DNA of 62,310 nt, the filler included. It is 6 parts of 6 records of this genome, joined end to end, with 100 filler letters (N's around TTAATTAATTAA, not from the genome) between each part and the next. Parts side by side here need not be neighbours in the genome. Positions count along the whole stretch, not along the records: positions 38,957 to 44,310 come from SRR31156797_15253; positions 44,411 to 49,920 come from SRR31156797_15272; 4 more parts are not named here. One strand, 5' to 3'. Positions 39,003 to 49,439 of the stretch are shown here, piece by piece. The position numbers were made by a program, and so were the translations under genes. Under the pieces are notes generated by a model, which was given only the letters and a program-made list of their open reading frames with translations, made no database searches and was not told the DNA's origin. The stretch's first letter is position 1. Each line of letters opens with the position of its first letter.

Positions 39003-39752
39003 ATGAACAGAATCGATCAACTATTTCAAAATAAACAAAAGGATATTCTCTCCATTTATTATCCTGCGGGATATCCCAACTTAAACGATACATTACCAAA
39101 CCTTCAGCTTTTGCAAGATAAGGGAGTGGATTTGGTGGAAATTGGCATTCCCTTTTCCGATCCATTGGCTGATGGACCAGTGATACAGTTAGCTGCAAAA
39201 CAGGCTTTGGACAATGGCATGAATTTGAAGCTCTTGTTTGAGCAGTTAAAAGATGCCCGAAAGACAATTACAATGCCTTTGATATTAATGGGCTACTGGA
39301 ATACGGTCTACAAATTTGGAGTGGATGCCTTTCTGGAGCAATGCCGAAAGGTAGGCATCGATGGGGTAATTTTACCCGATCTGCCTTTGGAAGAATACGA
39401 ACAAGATTACAAAACCAAATTCGAGGCTGCAGGAGTACACAACATCCTGTTGGTAACACCTCAAACTACTGATAAGCGCTTGTCTAAAATCGAAAAGGCA
39501 GCCTCAGGATTTTTGTATATGGTCTCAACCGCTGCAACCACAGGTGGTGCATTGCAAGTTAGCAAAGAGCGGGAAGCTTATTTCCAGAAAGTATCTCAGC
39601 TAGACATTCCTTCTCTAATTGGCTTTGGTATTCATGATAAAGCCAGCTTTCAGCATGCTTCACAATTTGCCAATGGTGCTATTATTGGTACGGCTTTTAT
39701 TAAAGCATTGGAGCAGGGGAATGCTGCGGACTTTATTGATGCATTGTTTTAA
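39003..39752 (+). CDS. trpA: Tryptophan synthase alpha subunit
   Basis: EIGIPFSDPLADGPVIQ, GVILPDLP, GFGI, GAIIGTA. Confidence 0.95.
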   Translation: MNRIDQLFQNKQKDILSIYYPAGYPNLNDTLPNLQLLQDKGVDLVEIGIPFSDPLADGPVIQLAAKQALDNGMNLKLLFEQLKDARKTITMPLILMGYWNTVYKFGVDAFLEQCRKVGIDGVILPDLPLEEYEQDYKTKFEAAGVHNILLVTPQTTDKRLSKIEKAASGFLYMVSTAATTGGALQVSKEREAYFQKVSQLDIPSLIGFGIHDKASFQHASQFANGAIIGTAFIKALEQGNAADFIDALF

Positions 39753-39761
39753 GAAATGAAG

Positions 39762-39784
39762 AAAGCCACCGAGAGGTGACTTTT
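39762..39784 (+). terminator. Intrinsic terminator after trpA
   Basis: aaagccacc-gaga-ggtgactttt. Confidence 0.65.
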
Positions 39785-39841
39785 GTTTAATAAGTTTATA
39801 TTGAGCAATAGTTTTTTCGGTTAGTGGGAACATTTCTACGT

Positions 39842-40621
39842 TTAGCTATACCTCTTTTTAAATGTTAGTTCCAAATAACCAATTAGTAAAAACAGAGAAC
39901 CGTAGGCAATACTTAAATAGGAGACTTTGTTCATCAATGTAAATGTTTCGGTTTGTAGTGCTTTCGACGCAAATAAAAGATGAGTGAAGGGTACGTAAGC
40001 AGCATGTTCCCATCTGAATAAAATGGCACCCGCTACAAAGCCAACTATACCCAAAGCAAGAGGTAAAACCATATTTTTCCAACGGTAGGATGCCCAAAAT
40101 TGAATGCCAACCCAGGCGATTGATGTTATGCCACTCATTAGTAAAACATTGATTAAGGTGGATAAAACCACAGTTTTATAGATGAACAACTCTGGGTAAA
40201 TAAAAGTTAGAATACTGGCAAACAGATAGTAAAATATACCGAATGAGATCAGGCTAAGGAGAACTATTGAAGAAGTCATAAGTACCTTACTTAGGTAGAT
40301 AGCGCCTCGATGCAGAGGAAGAGTATAAATTTGTTTCCAGGCATTGGTATCGTATTCAATCCTACTTATTAACGAGGTAATTAGAACAATAAATAGAGGG
40401 AAAAAAAGAGCCAAACCCGTTTTTGTAAGTTGATTGAGCATTACAATCCAACCATTGTCGGCATCGCCTATTATTTGATTGGCTCTAAAGAGTAAGATGG
40501 TGAAAAATAATGCAACCAAAAATAGGGGTGCGCCAAGTGCAATAAATAAAACTTTTGAATTCTTAAACTTTAATAAATCGGCTCTGTAACTTCTGCTTAT
40601 ATCTAATAATATATTTTTCAT
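39842..40621 (-). CDS. ABC transporter permease (LanE/G-like)
   Basis: Six TM helices; EYDTNAWKQIYTLP and YLSK motifs. Confidence 0.85.
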   Translation of the reverse strand: MKNILLDISRSYRADLLKFKNSKVLFIALGAPLFLVALFFTILLFRANQIIGDADNGWIVMLNQLTKTGLALFFPLFIVLITSLISRIEYDTNAWKQIYTLPLHRGAIYLSKVLMTSSIVLLSLISFGIFYYLFASILTFIYPELFIYKTVVLSTLINVLLMSGITSIAWVGIQFWASYRWKNMVLPLALGIVGFVAGAILFRWEHAAYVPFTHLLFASKALQTETFTLMNKVSYLSIAYGSLFLLIGYLELTFKKRYS

Positions 40622-40704
40622 GTGATTGTATATTTACTTGTCTTAGTGATTGTATTCAGACAGGATGTGTATTTTAATTGGTTGTTTATAATGTTATTGT
40701 TTAT

Positions 40705-41610
40705 CTATTTCTGACCAATAATTTCCATAAAGACTTCTTCGAGGTTGTCGCGATGGTGAGTTAATTGATACAGATCAATGCCAGATTCAACCACAGCCTT
40801 ACTAATTTTACTGGCATTACTGTCGGAATTAGGACTGATACGTAATGTATTATCCTGAGTTAGAAATACTGTATATCCAATATCAACAAGCGTTTTAAGC
40901 GTTTTCTTGTTATTCGATGTACGAATAATAAGGTTCGATTCACTTTGATGTTGGAGTTGATCAATAGAGCCTTGGAAAGCAATTTGTTTGTTGTGAATGA
41001 CAGCTATGTGTGTTACTGTTTTCTCCAATTCCGATAGCAAGTGTGAGGATACAAAAATGGTTTTACCATGTTCCTTGCAAAGGCGTTGCATTAGCATTCT
41101 CATATCATGAATTCCTGAAGGATCGAGACCATTGGTTGGCTCATCTAAAATCAACAGTTCAGGATCGTTAAGTAATACCATTGCGATGCTTAAACGTTGG
41201 CGCATTCCTAAGGAATATTCTTTTACCCTACGATTTTTATCAGCAAGTAAATCAGTAATGGTCAACACTTCATCTATTCTTGAATAGGCTAATCCCAAAT
41301 ACCTGCAAGTCACCTTTAAATTGTCATAGCCCGATAAATGTTGGTAAACCGATGGCTCTTCGATTAGAGCACCAATACGTGATAGAATATTGATTCTATC
41401 TGAGGTGATATCTTTTCCAAATATGGACACTTTGCCTTGCGATACTTTTAACAGACTAAGCAGAATCCGTATAGTCGTTGTTTTACCAGCTCCGTTTGCA
41501 CCAATAAAACCATAAATACTATTTTTAGGTACTTGTATAGATACATTGTTCAGTACTTCTTTGTTTTTATAGCTATAGCTAAGTTCTTTGGTTTCTATTA
41601 AATATTCCAT
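40705..41610 (-). CDS. ABC transporter ATP-binding protein (LanF/BcrA-like)
   Basis: GANGAGKTT, GALIEEP (E-loop), YSLGMRQR, ILDEPTNGLD, SSH. Confidence 0.92.
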   Translation of the reverse strand: MEYLIETKELSYSYKNKEVLNNVSIQVPKNSIYGFIGANGAGKTTTIRILLSLLKVSQGKVSIFGKDITSDRINILSRIGALIEEPSVYQHLSGYDNLKVTCRYLGLAYSRIDEVLTITDLLADKNRRVKEYSLGMRQRLSIAMVLLNDPELLILDEPTNGLDPSGIHDMRMLMQRLCKEHGKTIFVSSHLLSELEKTVTHIAVIHNKQIAFQGSIDQLQHQSESNLIIRTSNNKKTLKTLVDIGYTVFLTQDNTLRISPNSDSNASKISKAVVESGIDLYQLTHHRDNLEEVFMEIIGQK

Positions 41611-41675
41611 TGAAGATGATTTGTTGGTTATTTCTTATGCAAGTATATCGTGTTGAGAAACCATCTGAAAAAATG

Positions 41676-41750
41676 ATATACCAAGGCTTATAATTTATCG
41701 ACAAAATAGGTGTAGCTTGTTGGTAGATTAAAAAAGGGAGTTGGTAGATT
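41676..41750. promoter_or_regulatory. LytTR-type operator: two pairs of repeats at 21-bp spacing in opposite orientations
   Basis: gttggtagatt at 41719 and 41740 (identical); atataccaa at 41676 and atcgacaaa at 41697 resemble the reverse complement. Confidence 0.65.
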
Positions 41751-41842
41751 TGGTCTGATCATATCATGATAATATGATAGCAAATGTTAGCTTTGTTACT
41801 GGTAAACAGAAATATTTAATAAAACAGTAGTAGGCTAGAAGA

Positions 41843-42886
41843 ATGAATATCATTAAACGGAATAAGAATGAAATATTGGTCCATATTATTGTGTGGATAG
41901 CTATTTTAATGGTGATGATAGTACCTTACCTCTTACTTGATGAGAATAGAAGCATTACCTACTATTGGGACATAAAAAAGATCATAAGCTTTAGCTTTAC
42001 TTTATTCCAGATCTACTTCTATTATATTTTTATTATGAATGTCGCTTTGCGAAAGCGAAGTTTTAAACTCTTTGTAGTTTATTCCAGTTTGGCATTAGTC
42101 ACTTTAATGATTCTTAAAGTTCCTGTTGCCTATTTGTTCGAATATCTTTTTAATGATTCCATTATACTATTTAAGAACATCAGCGAGATAAAGTTTTCAG
42201 ATTTTGCACTCTTAACATTTTTTAAAACAGGTCTGTTCGCTTTTATCGGTGTGATTACCCGGTTTATTGTAGAATGGTTCCGAAGTGAGAAACAGAAAGA
42301 TGCACTAAAACATCAGAATTTTGTAAGTGAAATGGCACTGCTGCGACAGCAAATTAATCCTCATTTTTTATTTAACACGCTCAATAACATCTACTCATTG
42401 GCCTATAAAAAGTCAGATAATACGGCTGATTCTATTCTTAAATTATCGGGAATTATGCGATATATGCTCTATGAAAGCAATACCGATTTTGTAGATTGCA
42501 AAGATGAGATCAATTACCTGAACAGTTATATTGAACTTGAATTGCTCAGAATGGTTAACAAAGACCTGATTAATTATAAGGTAAGTGGCGACTACGACAG
42601 TTTAAAAATTGCACCCATGCTATTTGTGCCATTTGTCGAAAATGCTTTTAAGCACTCAGCTAGTCAACAGCCTATCGATATTGATATTAACTTCACTTTA
42701 GAAACTATCAGTTTAAAGGTTAGCAATAAGTTATCCGAAAAGTACAAATCGGTTGATTCATGTGGGGGTATAGGTTTAAACAATGTGCAACGCCGACTCG
42801 ATTTAATTTACCCTGATAAGCACAAATTAAACATCGAAAAAAGCGATACCGATTACAGTGTGGAGTTAAAAATTGAAAATGTTTGA
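41843..42886 (+). CDS. LytS-family sensor histidine kinase
   Basis: QINPHFLFNTLNNI, ENAFKH, GIGLNNV. Confidence 0.92.
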   Translation: MNIIKRNKNEILVHIIVWIAILMVMIVPYLLLDENRSITYYWDIKKIISFSFTLFQIYFYYIFIMNVALRKRSFKLFVVYSSLALVTLMILKVPVAYLFEYLFNDSIILFKNISEIKFSDFALLTFFKTGLFAFIGVITRFIVEWFRSEKQKDALKHQNFVSEMALLRQQINPHFLFNTLNNIYSLAYKKSDNTADSILKLSGIMRYMLYESNTDFVDCKDEINYLNSYIELELLRMVNKDLINYKVSGDYDSLKIAPMLFVPFVENAFKHSASQQPIDIDINFTLETISLKVSNKLSEKYKSVDSCGGIGLNNVQRRLDLIYPDKHKLNIEKSDTDYSVELKIENV

Positions 42887-43601
42887 TAATATGTACAAAA
42901 TAAGAGCAATAGCAATTGATGATGAACCTCTTGCACTGGATATTATAAAGGATTATTCCGATAAAATTGAATCTTTAGAACTCGAGCATACTTTTGAAAC
43001 AGCTATTGAAGCTCTTAAGTATATGAAAGACAATTGTGTTGATCTGATTATTACAGATATTCAAATGCCAGATTTAAATGGAATAGATTTTCTGAAAATT
43101 CTCAACAAGGAACCCTTTGTTATTTTTACAACAGCTTACGATAAATATGCCATTCAGGGATACGAATTTAAAACCATGGATTACCTGCTTAAACCATTCG
43201 GTTTCGATCAGTTTTACAAGGCCATAAACAAAATATTAGAAATGTATCAGGATAGAGAAGTAATAGCAGAACATCCTGTAAAAGAGAATTCCAATGATTT
43301 CTTCTTTGTAAAATCGGAGCATAAAATTGTGAAGATTAAGACCGATTCGGTGCTGTATATTGAGGGGTTAAAAGATTATCTTAAAATTGTAACAAAAGAG
43401 GGGCACATTTTAACACTAATGAGTTTTAGGAATATATTAGAATTACTGCCTCAAAAACAGTTTTTTCGCGTTCACCGATCTTTTATTGTGAGCATGAATA
43501 GCATAGATTGTATCGAGAAAAACAGAATTAGAATGGATGACAAATACATCCCAATAGGTGATACCTATAAAGAAGAGTTCTTTCAACAAATTCATGTGTA
43601 A
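42873..43601 (+). CDS. LytTR-family response regulator
   Basis: DDEPLA, DIQMP, DYLLKP, FRVHRSFIV. Confidence 0.93.
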   Translation: MKMFDNMYKIRAIAIDDEPLALDIIKDYSDKIESLELEHTFETAIEALKYMKDNCVDLIITDIQMPDLNGIDFLKILNKEPFVIFTTAYDKYAIQGYEFKTMDYLLKPFGFDQFYKAINKILEMYQDREVIAEHPVKENSNDFFFVKSEHKIVKIKTDSVLYIEGLKDYLKIVTKEGHILTLMSFRNILELLPQKQFFRVHRSFIVSMNSIDCIEKNRIRMDDKYIPIGDTYKEEFFQQIHV

Positions 43602-43711
43602 ATCACTTTATAAAAGTACTAGAGCAGGGGAATACTGCCGATTATTTGGATCGATTTAGATAATAAAAGATGGAAGTCATTCTAGCTTGCAGATTTTTAA
43701 TATTAGTCTAA

Positions 43712-43744
43712 ACATGTCTAGCATATTCAAGATGCTTGACATGT
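43712..43744. repeat. Imperfect inverted repeat (REP-like or terminator)
   Basis: acatgtctagcat-attcaag-atgcttgacatgt, 13-bp arms with one mismatch. Confidence 0.5.
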
Positions 43745-43798
43745 GATAGCTCAAACTCCATTTCTTCCTGTTCCATATTGTATTTATTGTGAGTTGTT

Positions 43799-44145
43799 TT
43801 AGTCAATTTCTACGATTTGTCCATTCTGGATAATAACAGATACGCCAATTGAGTCGTCCAATCTGGATTCATAAGACAATTCAAAGCTATTTCGTGTCTC
43901 ATCCCATGGATTTAAGCACGCCAGGCGAAAATCTGTAAGATTCACATTTTCGTATTTTGTTTTGAGAGCAGGATCATTCGAAATTTTTCGCGCTAGATTG
44001 AGATCTAACTCATTCAGTTCCCTAATAATTATACTTGCACTATCCAACTTCTCTCTTTGGTGCTGTTTCTTTTTACTCGGGCTTCAAAAGTTCCTAAGAA
44101 TTCTGTTTTTACGAATTTCTTTTTGCCAAATAGTAGGTTTATCAT
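43799..44145 (-). pseudogene. Probable frameshifted hypothetical gene
   Basis: ATG 44145 gives a 38-aa ORF (MINLLFGKKKFVKTEFLGTFEARVKRNSTKERSWIVQV) overlapping, in another frame, the TTG-started 82-aa ORF 43799-44047. Confidence 0.45.
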
Positions 44146-44157
44146 TTCTTTAATTTT

Positions 44158-44310
44158 GGGTTAGCTCGCGCTACAAGCTCGCGCTATCGGGGTCATACTT
44201 TCAATCTGAATCATTCATTCTACAGACATTTGAATCCTTCGGATTCTGTTTTGCAATTGCTATAAAACGAATTTGCCTCCGCTACCGCACGAATCCTTTC
44301 GTGTGGTTTT
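44158..44310. repeat. Cluster of short REP-like palindromes at contig end
   Basis: gctcgcgct-aca-agctcgcgc, gaatcc-ttc-ggattc and ccgcacgaa-tcct-ttcgtgtgg hairpins. Confidence 0.5.
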
Positions 44311-44410
44311 NNNNNNNNNNNNNNNNNNNNNNNNNNNNNNNNNNNNNNNNNNNNTTAATTAATTAANNNNNNNNNNNNNNNNNNNNNNNNNNNNNNNNNN
44401 NNNNNNNNNN
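44311..44410. other. Artificial contig spacer
   Basis: 44 N + TTAATTAATTAA + 44 N. Confidence 0.97.
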
Positions 44411-44434
44411 GCCTAGCCACTCGGCCAAGGAACC
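44411..44434 (-). tRNA. tRNA 5' fragment (acceptor 5' strand and D-arm), probably tRNA-Cys; truncated by contig end
   Basis: Minus strand GGTTCCTTGGCCGAGTGGCTAGGC, preceded by Bacteroidota -7 promoter TATTTTTG; anticodon not present, so identity rests on recalled similarity. Confidence 0.7.
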
Positions 44435-44704
44435 TTGTACGTTTTCGGACTGCAAAAATATAAAATTTTACAGTTCTTGCAACAAATAAAATAAAATCGA
44501 TTTATTTTCTCCATTTTTATTTATTGGCAATCACGTGCAAAGTGCTGGATTACAGTAGACACTTGGCGGTTATTGCGATTGGGATTTTTCCATTAAAAGA
44601 TTGCGTTCTGATGCGGGGGGTGCAAATGCAATAGTCTTTAGTCCTTGTCTTCGTGCATTTAGTAATATAGTTAAAGAAAATTCGCTTTTTTCTGAGTAAA
44701 ACAG

Positions 44705-44734
44705 AAAAAGCCTTACCCAGTGGGCAAGGCTTTT
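44705..44734 (-). terminator. Intrinsic terminator after LruC-domain gene
   Basis: aaaagcctt-acccagtgggc-aaggctttt. Confidence 0.75.
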
Positions 44735-44756
44735 AAAATTTTATAACCATTATTTT

Positions 44757-46955
44757 TTACCAAACACTTGTTAAGTCTGGATTGTTGTACCAATTATTAT
44801 TAGAGGTTCCGTTTGATTTTGCCCAGTTCGGAAAATCCGAATAAACGTCGATAATTGCTGTTCGCTCTATGGGGTATTTAAAGGATTCAAGTATAAGCAA
44901 GCCCCAAGGGAGGTTATTTTTTGTTTTGTAATATCTGTCAGTGCCCGGATTTGAAGTATCGTCTGATAGCCCAAACTCATATGTCATTAAATCGGTTGGT
45001 TTTCGATCTGCAAGATGTATTTCTGTGCCTCTTTCCTGGTCTTTAATCAGGAAGAAATTAAAACTGGAAGGATTGATGTCGTTGAGACTTACAGAATTAC
45101 CGGCAAAAGAAATGGTGATTGTAACCTCTTTGGAAGTACCAATATAACCGTTTTTAACCGTATTAAACATTGAGCCTCCTGCTCGCTCTAAAACATCATC
45201 AACATTTTCTATCGCGATTATTACAGCTTTGCTTTGGTTGGCTTCAGTTCCGTTACTGTTAAGGTTTATACCACTTGCCGCATTGGTAATCATGCCGGTT
45301 GCCGACAATATTTGTGAAGAAGAAATATTATCAAACTGAATTCCTAAACCGTTGTCTTGCGAAGCACCAACCGCCAGAATGTTAAAAGTTAGCACCAGCT
45401 TTACCGGTTTGTTGTTTTTGTTTGTAGTATAGGTTCCTTTTACAGAGCTAACCAGGTCATTATAATCATAGTCTCCTTTCGAAGGCCAAAGGTCTTCAAA
45501 TATTAATGTTGCAATACCATTTTTGCATGGGAAATATGTACTATAAGCTTTTGTTTCATCGTTCGGATATTCATCCTGGTTGTCAGGAACTCCATCGCCG
45601 TCGCTATCCTGGATAGGAGGTTCGCCAATCCCAATCGGATTACATTCTGATGTCGGGATGTAATTTTCGCAGTAGGTTACCGAAGTTGAAATGGTTCCAT
45701 TATTTGATTCAATGCCATCTTGGTCGCAAATATCAAGCTTTCCAGTTAGTGAGCTACCTCCGTTTAAAACAGTTCGTCCTGAAATGCTTAGGCTTGAATA
45801 GTCTCCCGATCCATTAATGTTTGAGTTGACCATTAAATTTTTTGTGTTAATCATGGCTTTGCTTATCAGTTCATTTACTGAACTACCGTTTGCATAAAAT
45901 GTGCCACCGCAATAAATATAACCGCTGTTTTCAAGTTCTGAATTTTGACCGATATCACCGGTAACAATAAGTTTACAGTTGTTTATAAATTTACTGCTGC
46001 CATTGTTGTTGAAGCTACCCGACACTTCCATTGTTCCACTATTTTCTGAGGAGGCATTGTTGTTAAAACCACCTGCTATATTTATTTGGCCGGTATTCAG
46101 AAATGTTGCCCCTGAATTAATATTTAAACCTGTAATATTGGTTGTGCCGTAATTATTAAAGCTGCCATTTGGCGAGAAGTAGTTCGAGTAATTAAGAACT
46201 CCCCAGTTGCTTAGTTGGTATTCACTATTATTGAGGTTTAGATTTGTTGCCGTAAGGGTACCACTGGAAGTAACCTCAATAGCTACCTTAATATTCCCAT
46301 TAAAATTTACATTGTATAAAGTTGTGTTACCACAAATTCTTAATGTTCCTCCACCGTTTTTAAAGGTTATATTTCCGGCGAAGTTTCCTGTAATGCAGTA
46401 AACCTGTTCATTTTCAATGTCTAAATTTCCGGAGGTAGCGGTAACTGTTACATCACAGTCTTCTGAGCACGAAGGACTTTCCGGTGCTTCTGTAGTAATA
46501 ATAGTAGCACTTTTGGTCGAGTTTTCTTTAAAGTTATATTCTATAAAGTCGCTGCTACTAACAGAATCCATAACCACTGTTCCCGAAGGGAATGTGCATT
46601 GTAAGTATAACATTGTAACATGGGCAGGGATTTGGATCTCGTTCTCAAATGATGATCCATCTGAAATCCCACAATTAATTATCAATTCACCATCTTTCTC
46701 CGGATTACTATTGTAAACAGATATTTTTGAATTGAATTCCGGATTGTTGGATTCAGCACTTAAATAAAGTGAAATGTCCTGATGAGTCGTCCATGTAAAA
46801 TCTTCCGACACGATCAGGTCTGTCATACTCGTTACTTCTTCTGTATCATTTGTATATTCCGATTCATTTAAGCAAGAGTACAGTGTACTACTTAGTATAA
46901 AAGCAAATAAATAGAATACTGCTTTTACTCGATTTGTTTTAAATATGCGTTCCAT
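44757..46955 (-). CDS. LruC domain-containing lipoprotein (DUF4842-like) with beta-helix region
   Basis: Lipobox LYSC; DSDGDGVPDNQDEYP; FEDLWPSKGDYDYNDLV; EIHL; LPWG; YPIE. Confidence 0.85.
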   Translation of the reverse strand: MERIFKTNRVKAVFYLFAFILSSTLYSCLNESEYTNDTEEVTSMTDLIVSEDFTWTTHQDISLYLSAESNNPEFNSKISVYNSNPEKDGELIINCGISDGSSFENEIQIPAHVTMLYLQCTFPSGTVVMDSVSSSDFIEYNFKENSTKSATIITTEAPESPSCSEDCDVTVTATSGNLDIENEQVYCITGNFAGNITFKNGGGTLRICGNTTLYNVNFNGNIKVAIEVTSSGTLTATNLNLNNSEYQLSNWGVLNYSNYFSPNGSFNNYGTTNITGLNINSGATFLNTGQINIAGGFNNNASSENSGTMEVSGSFNNNGSSKFINNCKLIVTGDIGQNSELENSGYIYCGGTFYANGSSVNELISKAMINTKNLMVNSNINGSGDYSSLSISGRTVLNGGSSLTGKLDICDQDGIESNNGTISTSVTYCENYIPTSECNPIGIGEPPIQDSDGDGVPDNQDEYPNDETKAYSTYFPCKNGIATLIFEDLWPSKGDYDYNDLVSSVKGTYTTNKNNKPVKLVLTFNILAVGASQDNGLGIQFDNISSSQILSATGMITNAASGINLNSNGTEANQSKAVIIAIENVDDVLERAGGSMFNTVKNGYIGTSKEVTITISFAGNSVSLNDINPSSFNFFLIKDQERGTEIHLADRKPTDLMTYEFGLSDDTSNPGTDRYYKTKNNLPWGLLILESFKYPIERTAIIDVYSDFPNWAKSNGTSNNNWYNNPDLTSVW

Positions 46956-47077
46956 TTCTTTAATGATTTAATTTTTGATTTTACCGTGTGCCATTAAACA
47001 AATTTTCTGCCTGTTTTTTTATCATGCTGTAAATCAGCAATATAGGGATTTTGTAAAATAATTTATAGTCCAATATT

Positions 47078-47093
47078 GGGACAATATTGTCCC
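47078..47093. promoter_or_regulatory. Perfect 16-bp palindrome, candidate regulator-binding site
   Basis: gggacaatattgtccc; further GGGAC half-sites at 47154 and 47173. Confidence 0.5.
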
Positions 47094-47230
47094 GAGCTAT
47101 AGAGATGTTTTAAGAATCTTTTTATTTGTGGGGTTCTTGCGATAAATTTATCTGGGACTAGTGTGTGTGTTTGGGACAAATCTGGAGAATTGGTCTTGAT
47201 TCAATTCCCTTTAAATGGTCTGTTCTTAAT

Positions 47231-47584
47231 TTAGTTTCTTAAAAGTGTTACACTAACCCGTTCGATCTCACCACCCATTGGCGGATTCATTTTAGAGATT
47301 TTTACTTTTGCGTTTTGAATGGCAGGGAAGCGTTCATATAGGGCATCCAAAATCCGTTTCCCAACATGTTCCAGTAAGGCCGAATTTATTTGCATTACTT
47401 CTTTAATGGTTTCGTAAACGGCCTGATAGTTTAAGGCATCGTCAAGATTATCTGATTTGGAAGCAGCCTCACAATTGGTCTCAAGTCGTACGTATACTTC
47501 AAAGTTATTTCCTACTACCTGCTCCGCTGTAAAATGCCCGTGATAGGCATAAAACTTCATTCCCTCAATTTCAATAACTCCCAT
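47231..47584 (-). CDS. folB: Dihydroneopterin aldolase
   Basis: FYAYHG..AEQVVG, SDNLDDALNY, LLEH, KISKMNPP. Confidence 0.93.
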   Translation of the reverse strand: MGVIEIEGMKFYAYHGHFTAEQVVGNNFEVYVRLETNCEAASKSDNLDDALNYQAVYETIKEVMQINSALLEHVGKRILDALYERFPAIQNAKVKISKMNPPMGGEIERVSVTLLRN

Positions 47585-47694
47585 ACCTGTTTAAAATTAT
47601 GGCAACAAAAGTAATAATTTGAACAGGTGTTAAGTGTTCTCACAAATCATTTTTTAATTTTGTAGTTTATTTAAAAGGGGTTAATTAAAAGAAA

Positions 47695-49395
47695 ATGGCA
47701 GAAAATAATTCAAAAAGTGATACCGAAGCTGTAAAAACAAATTTTATTCATGCGCATATCGATGCTGATTTAGCAGAAGGTAAAAATGAAAAAAGGGTAC
47801 ATACTCGTTTCCCGCCCGAGCCAAATGGTTATTTACACATAGGTCATGCAAAGTCAATTTGTCTGAATTTTGGTCTTGCACAAAAATACGGAGGGAAAAC
47901 CAACCTGCGATTCGACGATACGAATCCATCAAAGGAAGAAACGGAATATGTTGATTCCATTATGGAAGATGTTCGCTGGTTGGGTTTTGACTGGGAAGAT
48001 CGTTTGTACTACGCATCAGATTTCTTTCCAAAACTGCATGCCTTTGCTGTTCAGCTAATAAAAGAAGGAAAGGCTTATGTTGATGATCAGGATGCTGAGA
48101 GCATTAGCGAACAAAAAGGTACCCCACAGCAAGCCGGTATTGAAAGCCCGTTTAGAAATCGTACGGTTGAGGAAAACTTCGATTTGTTTGAACGTATGAC
48201 TGCAGGCGAATTTGATGAAGGAGAAAAAGTACTTCGTGCAAAAATAGACATGTCATCACCAAATATGCACATGCGTGATCCGATTATTTATCGAATCATG
48301 AAAGCACACCACCATCGTACCGGAGACCAGTGGAAGGTATACCCGATGTATGATTTTGCACATGGGCAATGCGACTATTGGGAAGGGATTACACATTCCA
48401 TCTGTACGCTTGAGTTTGAAGTACATCGTCCGTTATACGATTGGTTTGTTGATCAGTTAATGGACACGGATTACCGTCCCCGTCAGATTGAATTTTCGCG
48501 TTTAAATCTTACCTATACTGTAATGAGCAAGCGCAAATTATTGGAGCTGGTTAAAGATGGACATGTAAATGGATGGGATGATCCGAGAATGCCAACGATT
48601 TCCGGTTTGCGTCGTCGTGGATATACTCCCGAATCGATCAGAAATTTTGCCGATAAGATTGGGGTAACCAAAGTGGATGGGATGACTGATGTTACGTTGC
48701 TTGAGTTTAGTGTTCGCGAACATTTAAATAAAACAGCACAGCGTTTAATGGGTGTGCTTAATCCGCTTAAAGTTGTAATTACCAATTATCCCGAAGATAA
48801 AGAAGAAACTTTAAGTGCCCGAAATAATCCGGAAGATGAGACAATGGGGCGTCGCGATGTTCCTTTTTCAAATGAGGTTTACATTGAACGTGACGATTTT
48901 ATGGAGAATCCTCCACGTAAGTTTTTCAGATTAGGACCCGAACGTGAAGTGCGTTTGCGCTATGGATATCTGATTAAGTGCAACGAAGTAATTAAAGACG
49001 ATGAAGGGAATATTGTTGAGTTACGCTGTACTTACGATCCTGAATCAAAGGGAGGGAAATCGTCAGATGGTAGAAAAGTTAAAGGTGTAGTGCACTGGGT
49101 ATCGGCCAAACATGCAGTGAAAGCCGAAGTACGTGTATACGACCGATTGTTTAACGATGAAACACCCGATGCGCACAAGGATATCGATTTTAAGGAGTTT
49201 ATGAATCCTGACTCGTTAAAAGTATTGCCGGAGTGTTTTATTGAGCCATTTGTGAGAAACTCAAAACCGTTTGATCATTTTCAGTTCGAACGTCTAGGAT
49301 ATTTTAATATGGATCCGGACTCAACGCCCGAAAAACCAGTATTTAATCGTACGGTTGCCTTACGCGATTCGTGGGCAAAAGTTCAAAAAAAATAA
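47695..49395 (+). CDS. glnS: Glutamine--tRNA ligase
   Basis: [46 protein letters not shown]. Confidence 0.96.
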   Translation: MAENNSKSDTEAVKTNFIHAHIDADLAEGKNEKRVHTRFPPEPNGYLHIGHAKSICLNFGLAQKYGGKTNLRFDDTNPSKEETEYVDSIMEDVRWLGFDWEDRLYYASDFFPKLHAFAVQLIKEGKAYVDDQDAESISEQKGTPQQAGIESPFRNRTVEENFDLFERMTAGEFDEGEKVLRAKIDMSSPNMHMRDPIIYRIMKAHHHRTGDQWKVYPMYDFAHGQCDYWEGITHSICTLEFEVHRPLYDWFVDQLMDTDYRPRQIEFSRLNLTYTVMSKRKLLELVKDGHVNGWDDPRMPTISGLRRRGYTPESIRNFADKIGVTKVDGMTDVTLLEFSVREHLNKTAQRLMGVLNPLKVVITNYPEDKEETLSARNNPEDETMGRRDVPFSNEVYIERDDFMENPPRKFFRLGPEREVRLRYGYLIKCNEVIKDDEGNIVELRCTYDPESKGGKSSDGRKVKGVVHWVSAKHAVKAEVRVYDRLFNDETPDAHKDIDFKEFMNPDSLKVLPECFIEPFVRNSKPFDHFQFERLGYFNMDPDSTPEKPVFNRTVALRDSWAKVQKK

Positions 49396-49414
49396 TACTT
49401 GATATACAACGAAG

Positions 49415-49439
49415 AAAGCGGGATTTTCCCGCTTTTTTT
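49415..49439 (+). terminator. Intrinsic terminator after glnS
   Basis: aaagcggga-ttt-tcccgcttt plus T-tract. Confidence 0.85.

Noticed and set aside
44470-44700. Intergenic stretch between the tRNA promoter and the LruC terminator as a possible sRNA
   Set aside because: No convincing structure, promoter-terminator pair or ORF found by eye
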